Source: Gemmatimonadales bacterium
GTDB lineage: Bacteria > Gemmatimonadota > Gemmatimonadetes > Gemmatimonadales > GWC2-71-9
Direction: 5' to 3'
Assembly: GCA_039794085.1 (NCBI GenBank)
Contig: JBDIWC010000001.1
Span: forward strand, 32,001-96,000
Length of the DNA: 64,000 nucleotides
Shown here: positions 50,275 to 59,094 of the stretch, piece after piece
Position numbering within the stretch: position 1 is the stretch's first letter
How the letters are laid out: every line of letters begins with the position of its first letter
Program-made: the position numbers and the translations under genes
The notes under the pieces: generated by a model
What the model was told of the DNA's origin: nothing
What the model saw: the letters and a program-made list of their open reading frames with translations, nothing else
Databases searched by the model: none

Positions 50275-51066
50275 ATGCATAACATCCCGACAACCCGCCG
50301 AACCATCGGGTTTGGCCTTGTGCTGCTCGCGGTGGGGCTCCTTCCACGCACGGTCGGAGCCCAGCGCCTGGTGGCCGTCAAGGGCGTCATTCGGGAGGAC
50401 TCGACGCTCGTGGCGCTCCCCAATGCCGAGGTCCGGTTCGTGACCTTGGGTCGGGGAACCCTGACCGACTCCGCCGGTCGGTTCCTCCTCCCGGGCCTGC
50501 CGGCCGGGAGCCACCGCCTGCTGGTCCGCCGCGTTGGATACGAGCCGCTCGAGGCGATGGCCGACCTCGCACCGATCGACACCCTTGAACTTACCCTTCA
50601 GCTCACCCCAGTCCCCACCCGCCTGGCCACCCTGGAAAGCCGGGGCACCACGCCCTCTCCACCCGCCCGATTCCGGGAGTTTGAGGAACGGCGCCGAGGC
50701 GACCATGGGGCCTTCCTCACCCGGGAGGATCTCGATCGCCGGGCTTCCAGCCGGTTCAGCGACATTCTCCTCGGCATTCCCGGCCTTCGCCTCACGAGCC
50801 GCAACGGTACGGTCACCTACCTGGGAAGCGGCCGGGCGTCCGTGGGCGAACCGCCATGTTGGGCCCAGGTGATTGTCGACGGGGCTCTGTTCTATGACCC
50901 GACCACCGACCAGGGTTCCCTCACGGATCCGCCCAATCTTGACGGTTTTTCCCCTCGGGAGCTCGAAGCAGTGGAATACTACCGCGGGACAGCGGACGTC
51001 CCGGTTCAGTACCTCTCGCGCGGGGCCATCTGCGGGACACTGGTCCTCTGGTTCCGCTCCCGGTGA
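50275..51066 (+). CDS. Exported carboxypeptidase-regulatory-like domain plus TonB plug-like domain protein, no barrel
   Basis: Signal peptide; TDSAGRF.L..LPAG...VRRVGY; LTREDL, ELEAVEYYRG and CGTLVLW. Confidence 0.75.
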   Translation: MHNIPTTRRTIGFGLVLLAVGLLPRTVGAQRLVAVKGVIREDSTLVALPNAEVRFVTLGRGTLTDSAGRFLLPGLPAGSHRLLVRRVGYEPLEAMADLAPIDTLELTLQLTPVPTRLATLESRGTTPSPPARFREFEERRRGDHGAFLTREDLDRRASSRFSDILLGIPGLRLTSRNGTVTYLGSGRASVGEPPCWAQVIVDGALFYDPTTDQGSLTDPPNLDGFSPRELEAVEYYRGTADVPVQYLSRGAICGTLVLWFRSR

Positions 51067-51109
51067 TGGCCATCCAGGCTCGGATGACCCCTCTTTCGAC
51101 CCCCCACCA

Positions 51110-51784
51110 CTACGGCCACTCCGACCCTTTCCCCTCGCCTGCGAGGGCGAGCCGCCACTCCTCAATGAGCGCGGGGCACTGGGCCAGAAGCCGGCGTTCC
51201 TCGGGGTGCCCGCGTCCCCATTTGACCCTTCCCACGCGGGCCACGGTCCACTGGGGATAGGGGCGATCCTTGAGAACAACCTCCATTCCGGCCTCTATCC
51301 ATCCAGCGCGACCCACCCGGACATACCAGCCGTGGCGCCCGTTGGCGAGCACCTCCTCCACCAGTCCCGGTCGCCGATGACGCCGGGCCAAGGTCAGGCA
51401 CGGGGCCCGTGGAGCGGAGACCTCCAGTCGGATCGCCCCCGCGTCGTAGATGTCCCCGAGACACACGCTCTCCTCGTCCATCCCCGTCACGGTCAGGTTT
51501 TCTCCGAATGCCCCGGGATGAACATCCTTCCTCCCCCACTCCGACCTCCACCGGGGGTAATGTGATGCGGCGTACATGAGAATAGCCCGGTCCGGCCCGC
51601 CATGATGGCGGCGATCCACGACGTGATCTCCGGTCATCCCGCTTCGGTCGGCCCAGACGGCTCCATCCACGGGATCTTTCCAGATGGCGCTGGTCCAGGG
51701 CCGGTCCATCACGTCATCCGCCCCGGGGGTTCCCACAGTTCTGGGGCCCCCGATCTGAACACTTTCGATCTGCATGAGTAGCAT
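51110..51784 (-). CDS. MOSC domain protein (YiiM-like)
   Basis: HHGGPDRA, GAFGENLT, VCLGD, PRAPC and GWYVRV. Start 51784 or 51775. Confidence 0.9.
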   Translation of the reverse strand: MLLMQIESVQIGGPRTVGTPGADDVMDRPWTSAIWKDPVDGAVWADRSGMTGDHVVDRRHHGGPDRAILMYAASHYPRWRSEWGRKDVHPGAFGENLTVTGMDEESVCLGDIYDAGAIRLEVSAPRAPCLTLARRHRRPGLVEEVLANGRHGWYVRVGRAGWIEAGMEVVLKDRPYPQWTVARVGRVKWGRGHPEERRLLAQCPALIEEWRLALAGEGKGSEWP

Positions 51785-51865
51785 GAACCAAAGGTAGTGC
51801 TGCCTGATCCGTTCCGCTTCCATGCCGGGAGGAGACCGGCTATCTTTGCCGGGCTCACAATTCGT

Positions 51866-51917
51866 CCTCCCCGCCACCCCCCACCGGGGCGGGGCGTTTC
51901 TCACGACCGAAGGAAGG
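51866..51917 (+). promoter_or_regulatory. Putative S6:S18 ribosomal protein leader
   Basis: CCTCC can pair with the SD GGAAGG. It encloses the hairpin CCGCCACCCC/GGGGCGG and an unpaired CCG (51907-51909) just before the SD of rpsF. Confidence 0.55.
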
Positions 51918-51921
51918 TGGC

Positions 51922-52263
51922 ATGGTCCGTCCCTATGAGGTGGTTTACATCCTCGACAGCACGCTCGAAGATGAGGCCATCACCCAGAAACTCGCCAAGC
52001 TCCACGAACTGATCCACGTCGACGGAACGGAACCCCCGGTCCTCGACCTCTGGGGTCGTCGCACGCTGGCGTACGCCATCGGCAAGCACACCACCGGATA
52101 TTACGCGGTGGCCAACTTCGAAACCGACCCCGTGAAGCTCCCGGAGTTCGAACGCGCCCTCCGCCTGGACGACGCCGTGGTCCGGTTCCTGGTTGTGCTC
52201 AATGACGAGCCCCCGACCCCCGCCCAGGTCCCGGTCGCCCGGGACGACGAGGAGGAAGACTGA
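51922..52263 (+). CDS. rpsF: 30S ribosomal protein S6
   Basis: [20 protein letters not shown] and VVRFLVV. Confidence 0.95.
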   Translation: MVRPYEVVYILDSTLEDEAITQKLAKLHELIHVDGTEPPVLDLWGRRTLAYAIGKHTTGYYAVANFETDPVKLPEFERALRLDDAVVRFLVVLNDEPPTPAQVPVARDDEEED

Positions 52264-52481
52264 TGCGCATGAAGAAAGGTGACCCGATCGCCGAACTCCG
52301 GATCCGGGTGATCGACTACAAGGACGAGAAGCTTCTCTCCCGGTTCATCTCCGAGCGGGGAAAGATCCTCCCCCGGAGGCTCTCCGGCATCTCCGCTCGG
52401 CACCAGCGCCAGCTGAGCACGGCGATCAAACGGGCCCGGTTTCTCGCGCTCCTGCCCTACATCAAGGGTCACTCCAGCTGA
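52263..52481 (+). CDS. rpsR: 30S ribosomal protein S18
   Basis: [20 protein letters not shown]...QRQL..AIKRAR.LALLPY. Confidence 0.97.
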   Translation: MRMKKGDPIAELRIRVIDYKDEKLLSRFISERGKILPRRLSGISARHQRQLSTAIKRARFLALLPYIKGHSS

Positions 52482-52489
52482 CCTCCCCT

Positions 52490-53410
52490 GTGGTGGCCCG
52501 GCCGCCCCGGTCCTGGGTGGTCCTGGCCCTCGTGGTGCTCTATGTGGTGCTGGCACCGTCGATTTTCCTGCTGGGGCCGCTCCTCCTGTTGCTCCTCGTC
52601 TCCGGCCCCCGGGCGCTCCGCGAATGGGTCTGGATCTCCGCGTCGGCCCTCGGGCTGTCGGTCTGGGCCCAGACCGGAAGCGACGACCTTCCGGTCCGGA
52701 TGCTGCAGGCGGCTGGCGTGCTCTTCAGTGGTGCGATGGGAGCCTCGGCCCTGGCATGGCCCTCCACGGTGTCTCCGCTCGCCCGTCTCGGCGCCGCCGT
52801 AACCTTCATGGCGGGGGGAGTCGCGGTCTGGGCCGCCGTTCTGGGTATCGGCGTGGCCGATGTCACCGGGGCCATCGCGGCGCAGACGGTCGCGATGGCA
52901 ACCCTCCTCCTGCAGGGGAATCCGTCCCCGTCCCCCGAGATTCGCGGTCTGCTGGAGTCGGTGATCCAGACGGCCCCTGCCTCCGCCCGGCTGGCGCCAG
53001 GGGTCCTGGTGCTCGCGGCGCTCGCCGGGGGAGGGCTGGCCTGGACCTGGTACCATCGCGTGGCGGTGACTCCGCGAGGCCGTCCCCCGCGGGCCTATGC
53101 CGAGTTCCGGTTCGATGATCGGCTGGTGTGGGGGGCCATCATCACCCTGGCCGTTGTCCTCGCCCCTGTTCCGGACCGGTGGAACTGGCTGGGAGGGAAC
53201 CTGTTGCTGGTCTGGATCGGGCTCTACGTCTTTCGGGGAGGCGCCGTTCTCTGGTCCCTGGTCCGGCGGGCCCCGGTGTTTGTTCGTCTGGCCCTCTTGC
53301 TCGGGGGCATACTCCTGCTACCATTCGCTTCTGGCGGTCTGCTCGCTTTGGGACTTGCCGACACCTGGGTCGACCTGCGGCAGCGCTTTGCCCGGGCTTC
53401 GACTCCCTGA
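52490..53410 (+). CDS. DUF2232/YybS-like membrane protein
   Basis: Polytopic and hydrophobic, ends LGLADTWVDLR; lies between rpsR and rplI. Confidence 0.8.
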   Translation: MVARPPRSWVVLALVVLYVVLAPSIFLLGPLLLLLLVSGPRALREWVWISASALGLSVWAQTGSDDLPVRMLQAAGVLFSGAMGASALAWPSTVSPLARLGAAVTFMAGGVAVWAAVLGIGVADVTGAIAAQTVAMATLLLQGNPSPSPEIRGLLESVIQTAPASARLAPGVLVLAALAGGGLAWTWYHRVAVTPRGRPPRAYAEFRFDDRLVWGAIITLAVVLAPVPDRWNWLGGNLLLVWIGLYVFRGGAVLWSLVRRAPVFVRLALLLGGILLLPFASGGLLALGLADTWVDLRQRFARASTP

Positions 53411-53424
53411 CTCTCGAGGATACG

Positions 53425-53886
53425 ATGATCGACCTCATTCTCCGTGAAGATGTTCCCTCCCTGGGCCCGACCGGCGCCCTCGTGCGAGTCCGCCCGGGGT
53501 ACGCCCGCAACTACCTCCTGCCCAAGGGCCTGGCCTTTGAGGCGACCGAAGGAAACAAGAAGCGCATCGCAGCCGAGTCTCGGGTCCGGGAATCCCGGCG
53601 CGCCGCGGAAATCGCGGAGGCCACGGCCTTGGCTGCCACCTTGGGGGGGATCGTCCTCACCCTCCGCGCCAAGGCGGGCGAGGGGGACCGGCTCTTCGGA
53701 TCGGTCACGGCCCAGGACATCGCCGATGCCGCCCTGGCCTTGGGTCACCCGATCGACCGGCGCAAGCTGCTCCTCGACTCCCCGCTCAAGGAGTTGGGCA
53801 CCCACCTCGTCCCGATCCGACTCCACCAGGAGGTCACAGCCGAGTTGCGCGTGACGGTTGTCGCGGAGGACTCAGGCTCGGCGTGA
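53425..53886 (+). CDS. rplI: 50S ribosomal protein L9
   Basis: ILREDV..LG..G..V.V.PGYARNYLLPKG, LFGSVT and LKELG. Confidence 0.96.
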   Translation: MIDLILREDVPSLGPTGALVRVRPGYARNYLLPKGLAFEATEGNKKRIAAESRVRESRRAAEIAEATALAATLGGIVLTLRAKAGEGDRLFGSVTAQDIADAALALGHPIDRRKLLLDSPLKELGTHLVPIRLHQEVTAELRVTVVAEDSGSA

Positions 53887-53914
53887 CGGGACGTTTCCCG
53901 TGCGCTTTCTCCCC

Positions 53915-53943
53915 CACGGCGGCTCCCTCGGGAAGCCGCCGTG
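53915..53943 (+). terminator. Hairpin after rplI
   Basis: CACGGCGGCT-N9-AGCCGCCGTG, a perfect 10-bp stem; no T tract. Confidence 0.4.
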
Positions 53944-54012
53944 TGCACATCCCACCCCGCCCGATCGTCCTCTCCTGATATGGGTGCGCACCCACGCCCG
54001 ACGGGTGGCTCC

Positions 54013-54378
54013 GTGACCGTCCGCCGGCTGACAGCCACGCTTCCGGAAGGTCTGCGGCGAGCCGTCCACGCCGCGAGTGGCCGGAAGGCCGCGGACATTC
54101 TCCTCCTGGATGTCCGGGGTCTCAACGATGTAACCGACTATTTTCTCCTGGCCTCCGGAACGTCCGACGCACACGTCCGGGGGGTGGGTGGGGCGGTTCT
54201 CGACGACCTGCTGGAGGCGGGGTTTCGGGCCCATCATGTGGAAGGCATGACCACCGGGCGCTGGGTGTTGTTGGATTACGTGGACTTCGTCGTGCATGTT
54301 TTTCACCCGGAGGCCCGGGCGTTCTACGGATTGGAGCGATTGTGGGGGGATGCCCCCGCCCTCGCGATCGACGATTAG
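54013..54378 (+). CDS. rsfS: Ribosome silencing factor
   Basis: KAADILLLDV, TDYFLLASG, WVLLDYVDFVVHVF and FYGLERLWGDA. Start uncertain. Confidence 0.93.
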   Translation: MTVRRLTATLPEGLRRAVHAASGRKAADILLLDVRGLNDVTDYFLLASGTSDAHVRGVGGAVLDDLLEAGFRAHHVEGMTTGRWVLLDYVDFVVHVFHPEARAFYGLERLWGDAPALAIDD

Positions 54379-54397
54379 CGTGGAAAGGAAGACCTCA

Positions 54398-57300
54398 ATG
54401 CGGTACATCAGCGGGATCCTGCTGGCCCTGACGGTGGGCCTTCCGGTGGCGGCCGAAGGACAGTTTGCGGGGTACTTCGGGCGCAACAGTGTGCGCTACA
54501 ACAAGGCCGACTTCAAGATCCTGCAAACCGAACACTTCGACCTCCATTATTACGAACGGGAGGCGGAGGCGGCGCTGGACGTGGCCCGGATGGCCGAGCG
54601 GTCCTATGCGAGGCTGTCCCGGCTCCTGAGCCACAACTTCACTGAGCGGAAGCCGATCATCCTCTACGCCTCGCACTCGGAGTTCCAGGAGACCAACGTT
54701 CTCGGGGGGGGGATCGACGAGGGCACGGGAGGGTTCACCGACTTTCTCCGGCACCGGAACGTGTTCCCGCTCACGGGCTCCTATGCGGAGGTGGAGCACG
54801 TCCTCCAGCACGAGATGGTCCACCAGTTCCAGTTCGACATCTGGTCGCGCGGAGCCACCACGAACGGTGTGCAGGGGATCATCAGCGTCAACGCTCCCCT
54901 CTGGTTCGGCGAGGGCATGGCCGAGTACTTCTCCCTCGGGCCGGTGAACAGCAACACCGCCATGTGGCTCCGGGACGCCGCTTTCGAGGGGAAACTCCCG
55001 ACCGCCAAGGAGTTCTACCAGTTCTTTCCCTACCGGTTCGGTCATGCCCTCCTCTCCTACATCGGGGATCGGTGGGGAGATGATGCCATCGGGGCCATCA
55101 CCAAGACCGCCAGCGCGGGCAACGTCGAGAGCGCGATTCGGCGCGTGCTCGGCGTGAGCTTTCCCCAACTCGTCGACCAGTGGCGTGATGCGGTGCAGAA
55201 GCAGTACCTCCCCGAGGTGGCGAGCCGGGTCAAGGCCCGGACCATGTCCACTCCGCTGCTCACCGAGCAGATCGCCAAGGGCACCCTGCATCTGGCCCCG
55301 GCTCTCTCCCCCGACGGCTCCCTGGTGGCGTACTTCAGCGAACGGAACTCCTTCTTTGTCGACCTCTACCTGGCCGATGGCAATACGGGCGAAGTCCTGC
55401 ATCGCCTGCTCAAGTCCACCTACAGCAGCAACTACGAGACCTATCGCTTCATCACCTCCAGCGTCTCCTTCTCCCCCGACGGCCAGCACATTGCGTTCGC
55501 CGCCAAGCGCGGCGGCCGGGACGAGATCCTGATCGTCGACGCCCGCCGGAACAAGACCATCCGCCGCATCAAGGTGGACCTGAACGGAGTCACGACTCCC
55601 ACCTGGAGTCCCGATGGGACCCGGCTCGTGTTCAGCGGACTCGATGGCGGTCTGTCCGACCTCTACACGATCAACGTCGACGGGTCCGACCTCACCCGCC
55701 TGACCAACGACAAGTACGCGGACCTCCATCCGGTCTGGTCGCCCGATGGGAAGACCATCGCCTTCACCACCGACCGTGGCCCCGATACCGACTTCCGGAT
55801 TCTCGCCATTGGCGAGATGCGCATCGGGCTCTACCGGGTGGCCGATGGCGAGATCGAGCTGCCGGAGGCCCTCGGAGTGGCGAAGAACGTCTCTCCCCAA
55901 TGGGCCCCGGATGGACAGTCACTCGCCTTCGTCTCGGACCGGAATGGCATCAACAACATCTACCTGTACGAGTTGGCGGACGGACAGGCCTATCAGCTGA
56001 CCGACTTCTACACCGGAGTCCAGGGCATCACCCCCCTGAGCCCGGCCCTGAGTTGGGCGTCCGAATCGGATCGGCTCGCCTTCGTCTACTTCGAACAGGG
56101 CAAGTACGATGTCTATACCTTGAGCAGCCCCCGGCTTCTCAAACGGGAACCCTGGTCGCCGTCCATGGTGGCCCCGACGGTGGCCGCCACTCCGGCGTTG
56201 GACGCCGCCGCTCCTCCGACCCCTCAACGCCCCTCCCAGGTGCTCGGGGGAGGCGCGGTATACCGCGGGGTGAGCGGGTTCCGCCCCCCCGACTCCCTCG
56301 GCGTTCTCGGGGATTCCCTCGAGGGGCAGCCCCCCGTGACCATCGCCGCCCTCATGGATTCGGCGGACTTTGCCCTGCCCGACACCAGCGACTTCACCTT
56401 CAAGAAATACAAGACCACCCTCAGCCCCGAGTTCTTCTCGCGTCCGCAGGTCGGTTTCGTCCGGGACAACTTCGGCAGCGGGGTCACCGGCGAGGCCGTC
56501 ATCGTCCTGGGGGACATGCTGGGCGACCACCAGATGATCATCGGCGCCTCCCTCAACGGTCGCGTCGCCGAGACGCAGGCTCTTTTCGCCTACATGAACC
56601 GCAAGAACCGGCTCAACTGGGGCTTGGGTTTCAGTCAGCAGCCGTTTTTCTTCTTCGACAACAACCAAATCCTGGACGGGCCCCGGCAAGGCGAGGCCAC
56701 CTTCGTCACCAATTTCCGGCGCCTCGTCCAGCGCTCCGTGTTCGGTCAGACGATCTACCCCTTCAACCGATTCCAGCGGTTCGAGCTCGGCCTGGCCGCC
56801 AACAACATCGACGACGACACCCAGAGCATCCTGGAACCCTTCGATCCCAACACCGGATTCCGGACCGGGCCCGCCCGGCTGGTGACCAGCAGCAACTCCA
56901 ACATCAACTACCTCGAACCGTCGGCCGCCCTGGTCTACGACAACTCCCTCTTCGGGTGGGTCGGCCCCCTGCGCGGCCAGCGGTACCGGCTCGAGGTGTC
57001 GCAGGCGATCGGTGACTGGCGCTTCACCCAGGCCACCGTGGACTACCGCAGGTACGACCATCTCTTCGGCCCCTTCACCTTCGCCACCCGGGCGCTCTAC
57101 TTCGGTCGCCTCGGCCGCGACGCCGAACAGTTCCAGATCTTCGGCGGCAACACCGAACTCATCCGCGGCCACACGTCCGGAAGCTACCGGGAGAACGAAT
57201 GCCTCAGCGGGGCCGACCCCAACTCCGCCAGCGGATGCGCCGCATTCGACCAGCTGATCGGAAGCCAGATTGGACTCGCCTCCGCCGAGCTGCGATTCCC

Positions 57301-57571
57301 CCTCTTCGGATTTCTCCCGGTCGGATTCCCGGTGTTCGAAGGGGCCTTTTTCTACGACGTGGGATTGGTGTGGAACGAGGGGAGCACACTCAAGCTGAGC
57401 CGGGACCCGGGAGACACCTTCCAGAACGTGCGCACGCCGCTTCAAACCTTCGGCGCCTCGGTGCGAGCCAACGTGTTCGGATTCCTGCTGATGCGAATCG
57501 ACTATTCCGTTCCCCGGAACCGTCCCGCCGTTGGCGGGCTCTGGGCCCTGAGTCTCGGTCCCACCTTCTGA
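54398..57571 (+). CDS. Omp85-family outer membrane protein with N-terminal zincin-like peptidase and PD40 beta-propeller
   Basis: Signal peptide; HEMVH...EGMAEY; repeated (P)xWSPDG; beta-barrel strands, IRGH lid-like motif and terminal Phe. Confidence 0.85.
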   Translation: MRYISGILLALTVGLPVAAEGQFAGYFGRNSVRYNKADFKILQTEHFDLHYYEREAEAALDVARMAERSYARLSRLLSHNFTERKPIILYASHSEFQETNVLGGGIDEGTGGFTDFLRHRNVFPLTGSYAEVEHVLQHEMVHQFQFDIWSRGATTNGVQGIISVNAPLWFGEGMAEYFSLGPVNSNTAMWLRDAAFEGKLPTAKEFYQFFPYRFGHALLSYIGDRWGDDAIGAITKTASAGNVESAIRRVLGVSFPQLVDQWRDAVQKQYLPEVASRVKARTMSTPLLTEQIAKGTLHLAPALSPDGSLVAYFSERNSFFVDLYLADGNTGEVLHRLLKSTYSSNYETYRFITSSVSFSPDGQHIAFAAKRGGRDEILIVDARRNKTIRRIKVDLNGVTTPTWSPDGTRLVFSGLDGGLSDLYTINVDGSDLTRLTNDKYADLHPVWSPDGKTIAFTTDRGPDTDFRILAIGEMRIGLYRVADGEIELPEALGVAKNVSPQWAPDGQSLAFVSDRNGINNIYLYELADGQAYQLTDFYTGVQGITPLSPALSWASESDRLAFVYFEQGKYDVYTLSSPRLLKREPWSPSMVAPTVAATPALDAAAPPTPQRPSQVLGGGAVYRGVSGFRPPDSLGVLGDSLEGQPPVTIAALMDSADFALPDTSDFTFKKYKTTLSPEFFSRPQVGFVRDNFGSGVTGEAVIVLGDMLGDHQMIIGASLNGRVAETQALFAYMNRKNRLNWGLGFSQQPFFFFDNNQILDGPRQGEATFVTNFRRLVQRSVFGQTIYPFNRFQRFELGLAANNIDDDTQSILEPFDPNTGFRTGPARLVTSSNSNINYLEPSAALVYDNSLFGWVGPLRGQRYRLEVSQAIGDWRFTQATVDYRRYDHLFGPFTFATRALYFGRLGRDAEQFQIFGGNTELIRGHTSGSYRENECLSGADPNSASGCAAFDQLIGSQIGLASAELRFPLFGFLPVGFPVFEGAFFYDVGLVWNEGSTLKLSRDPGDTFQNVRTPLQTFGASVRANVFGFLLMRIDYSVPRNRPAVGGLWALSLGPTF

Positions 57572-57573
57572 CG

Positions 57574-58986
57574 GTGACCCCCGGGCGGATTCTCCCCACT
57601 CTCGGTCTGCTCGGCCTCCTGCTCGCCGCCTGTGGCGAGCCGGAGGCGGAGCCCCCCCCTCCTCTCCCGGCCCTTGCCACCCCGGTCTCTCTCCTTCGAC
57701 TCCCTCAGGAGGGTGGGTACGCCACCGTCTGGTCTCCGGACAGCCTGCGGGCGTTGGAGTGGCGCAGCGACGCCCCGATCCCTCCCATCGAGGCCATCCT
57801 GGGAGCCGACCTGGATGACCAGATTGTGTACCTCCACGAGGGAGACGGGGACGTTGCCGGACTCGATCTCGAATCGGGTACCGTCAGACCCCTTCTACCC
57901 CAGGCACGCGTTCCCACGGCCGGGCCAGACGGTGCGCTCTTCGCCGTGGTCGAGGGACGCATCGTCCGGCTGGCTCAGCGCAGGGTACATCCCTATCGCT
58001 CGGAGGTAACCGGACAGATTGATCGGCTCTTCGGAACCCTGAACGGACAGGTGACGGTCTTCACCACCGCCGATTCGGTTCGCATGGCCTTGGTCGGCCC
58101 CGATCGGGCCGGGGTCCCTCGCGCAGTCCCCGCCGGCAGTGTGGTGGGGGCGTCCCCCTGGGGAGATCAGGTGGCGGTGGTGGCAGGTGACGAGATCACG
58201 CTCCACGACGCGACTGAGCGGGGTTCCTCCCACCGTATCGCCGTGCCCTCGGGGACCGAAGCCCTCCGGTACAGCGCCTCGGGACACCGGATCTACCTGG
58301 TGGGCCGCAGACCGACCATCGACATCCTGGATCGGTTCACCCGGAAACGGCTGCCCCCCATCACCATTCCGGGACCGGCCCGGGATCTCCGATCCGATTT
58401 TTCGGGGCGCTGGCTTCTCGTGCGCCCTGCCGGACTCGACTCGGTTTGGGTCGTGGATGCGGCGAGTGGTCGGCATGTCACGACCGTCGCGACGGTGTGG
58501 GACGCCGATCTCCCTCTGGTGACCGGCGGGTCCACACTCCTGATCCGGAGCGCCGAGGGAAGCGTGGCGAGCCTGGACATCGGGGTCGCCCCTCCCCGGG
58601 AAACGGGGCGGATCGCGGATGCCGGGGCGGATCTCTGGATGGCGATTCGGTGGCTCCCCCGGGCGTTGCGGGGATCGGCAATCGCCGCCGCGGAGACCGC
58701 GCTGGTGGCCCAGGACAGCAGTCTCGTCCTGCCCCCTGCCGAAACGGTGGAGGTGTCGGCGGACGCCCGGATTTTTCTGCAGATCAGCAGTTCCCGCAAC
58801 CCCGAATGGGCCCGGGCTCTCGCCCGCCAGGTCACGTCGCTGGGCTTCCCCGCCACTGTCGCCGTCCCGAAGAGCCGGGACGACGGGTACCGGGTGATCG
58901 TGGGTCCCTACCCCTCCCGGGACGCTGCGGAGGAGGCCGGCCGGCGACTCGGACGCCCCTACTTCGTCCTCACCCGGGACCCGTGA
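57574..58986 (+). CDS. SPOR domain lipoprotein
   Basis: LLAAC lipobox; C-terminal FLQISS..N...A and YRVIVGPYPSRDAAE. Confidence 0.8.
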   Translation: MTPGRILPTLGLLGLLLAACGEPEAEPPPPLPALATPVSLLRLPQEGGYATVWSPDSLRALEWRSDAPIPPIEAILGADLDDQIVYLHEGDGDVAGLDLESGTVRPLLPQARVPTAGPDGALFAVVEGRIVRLAQRRVHPYRSEVTGQIDRLFGTLNGQVTVFTTADSVRMALVGPDRAGVPRAVPAGSVVGASPWGDQVAVVAGDEITLHDATERGSSHRIAVPSGTEALRYSASGHRIYLVGRRPTIDILDRFTRKRLPPITIPGPARDLRSDFSGRWLLVRPAGLDSVWVVDAASGRHVTTVATVWDADLPLVTGGSTLLIRSAEGSVASLDIGVAPPRETGRIADAGADLWMAIRWLPRALRGSAIAAAETALVAQDSSLVLPPAETVEVSADARIFLQISSSRNPEWARALARQVTSLGFPATVAVPKSRDDGYRVIVGPYPSRDAAEEAGRRLGRPYFVLTRDP

Positions 58987-59094
58987 CCGCACCACCCTCC
59001 CGGGGCACCCCATTTCCCGCTCCGCCCGACTATCTTTGCCCAGTTTCGCGCCCCGGACCGGGGCTCCGGCCAGAGTGACCAGGACACCGATCAG

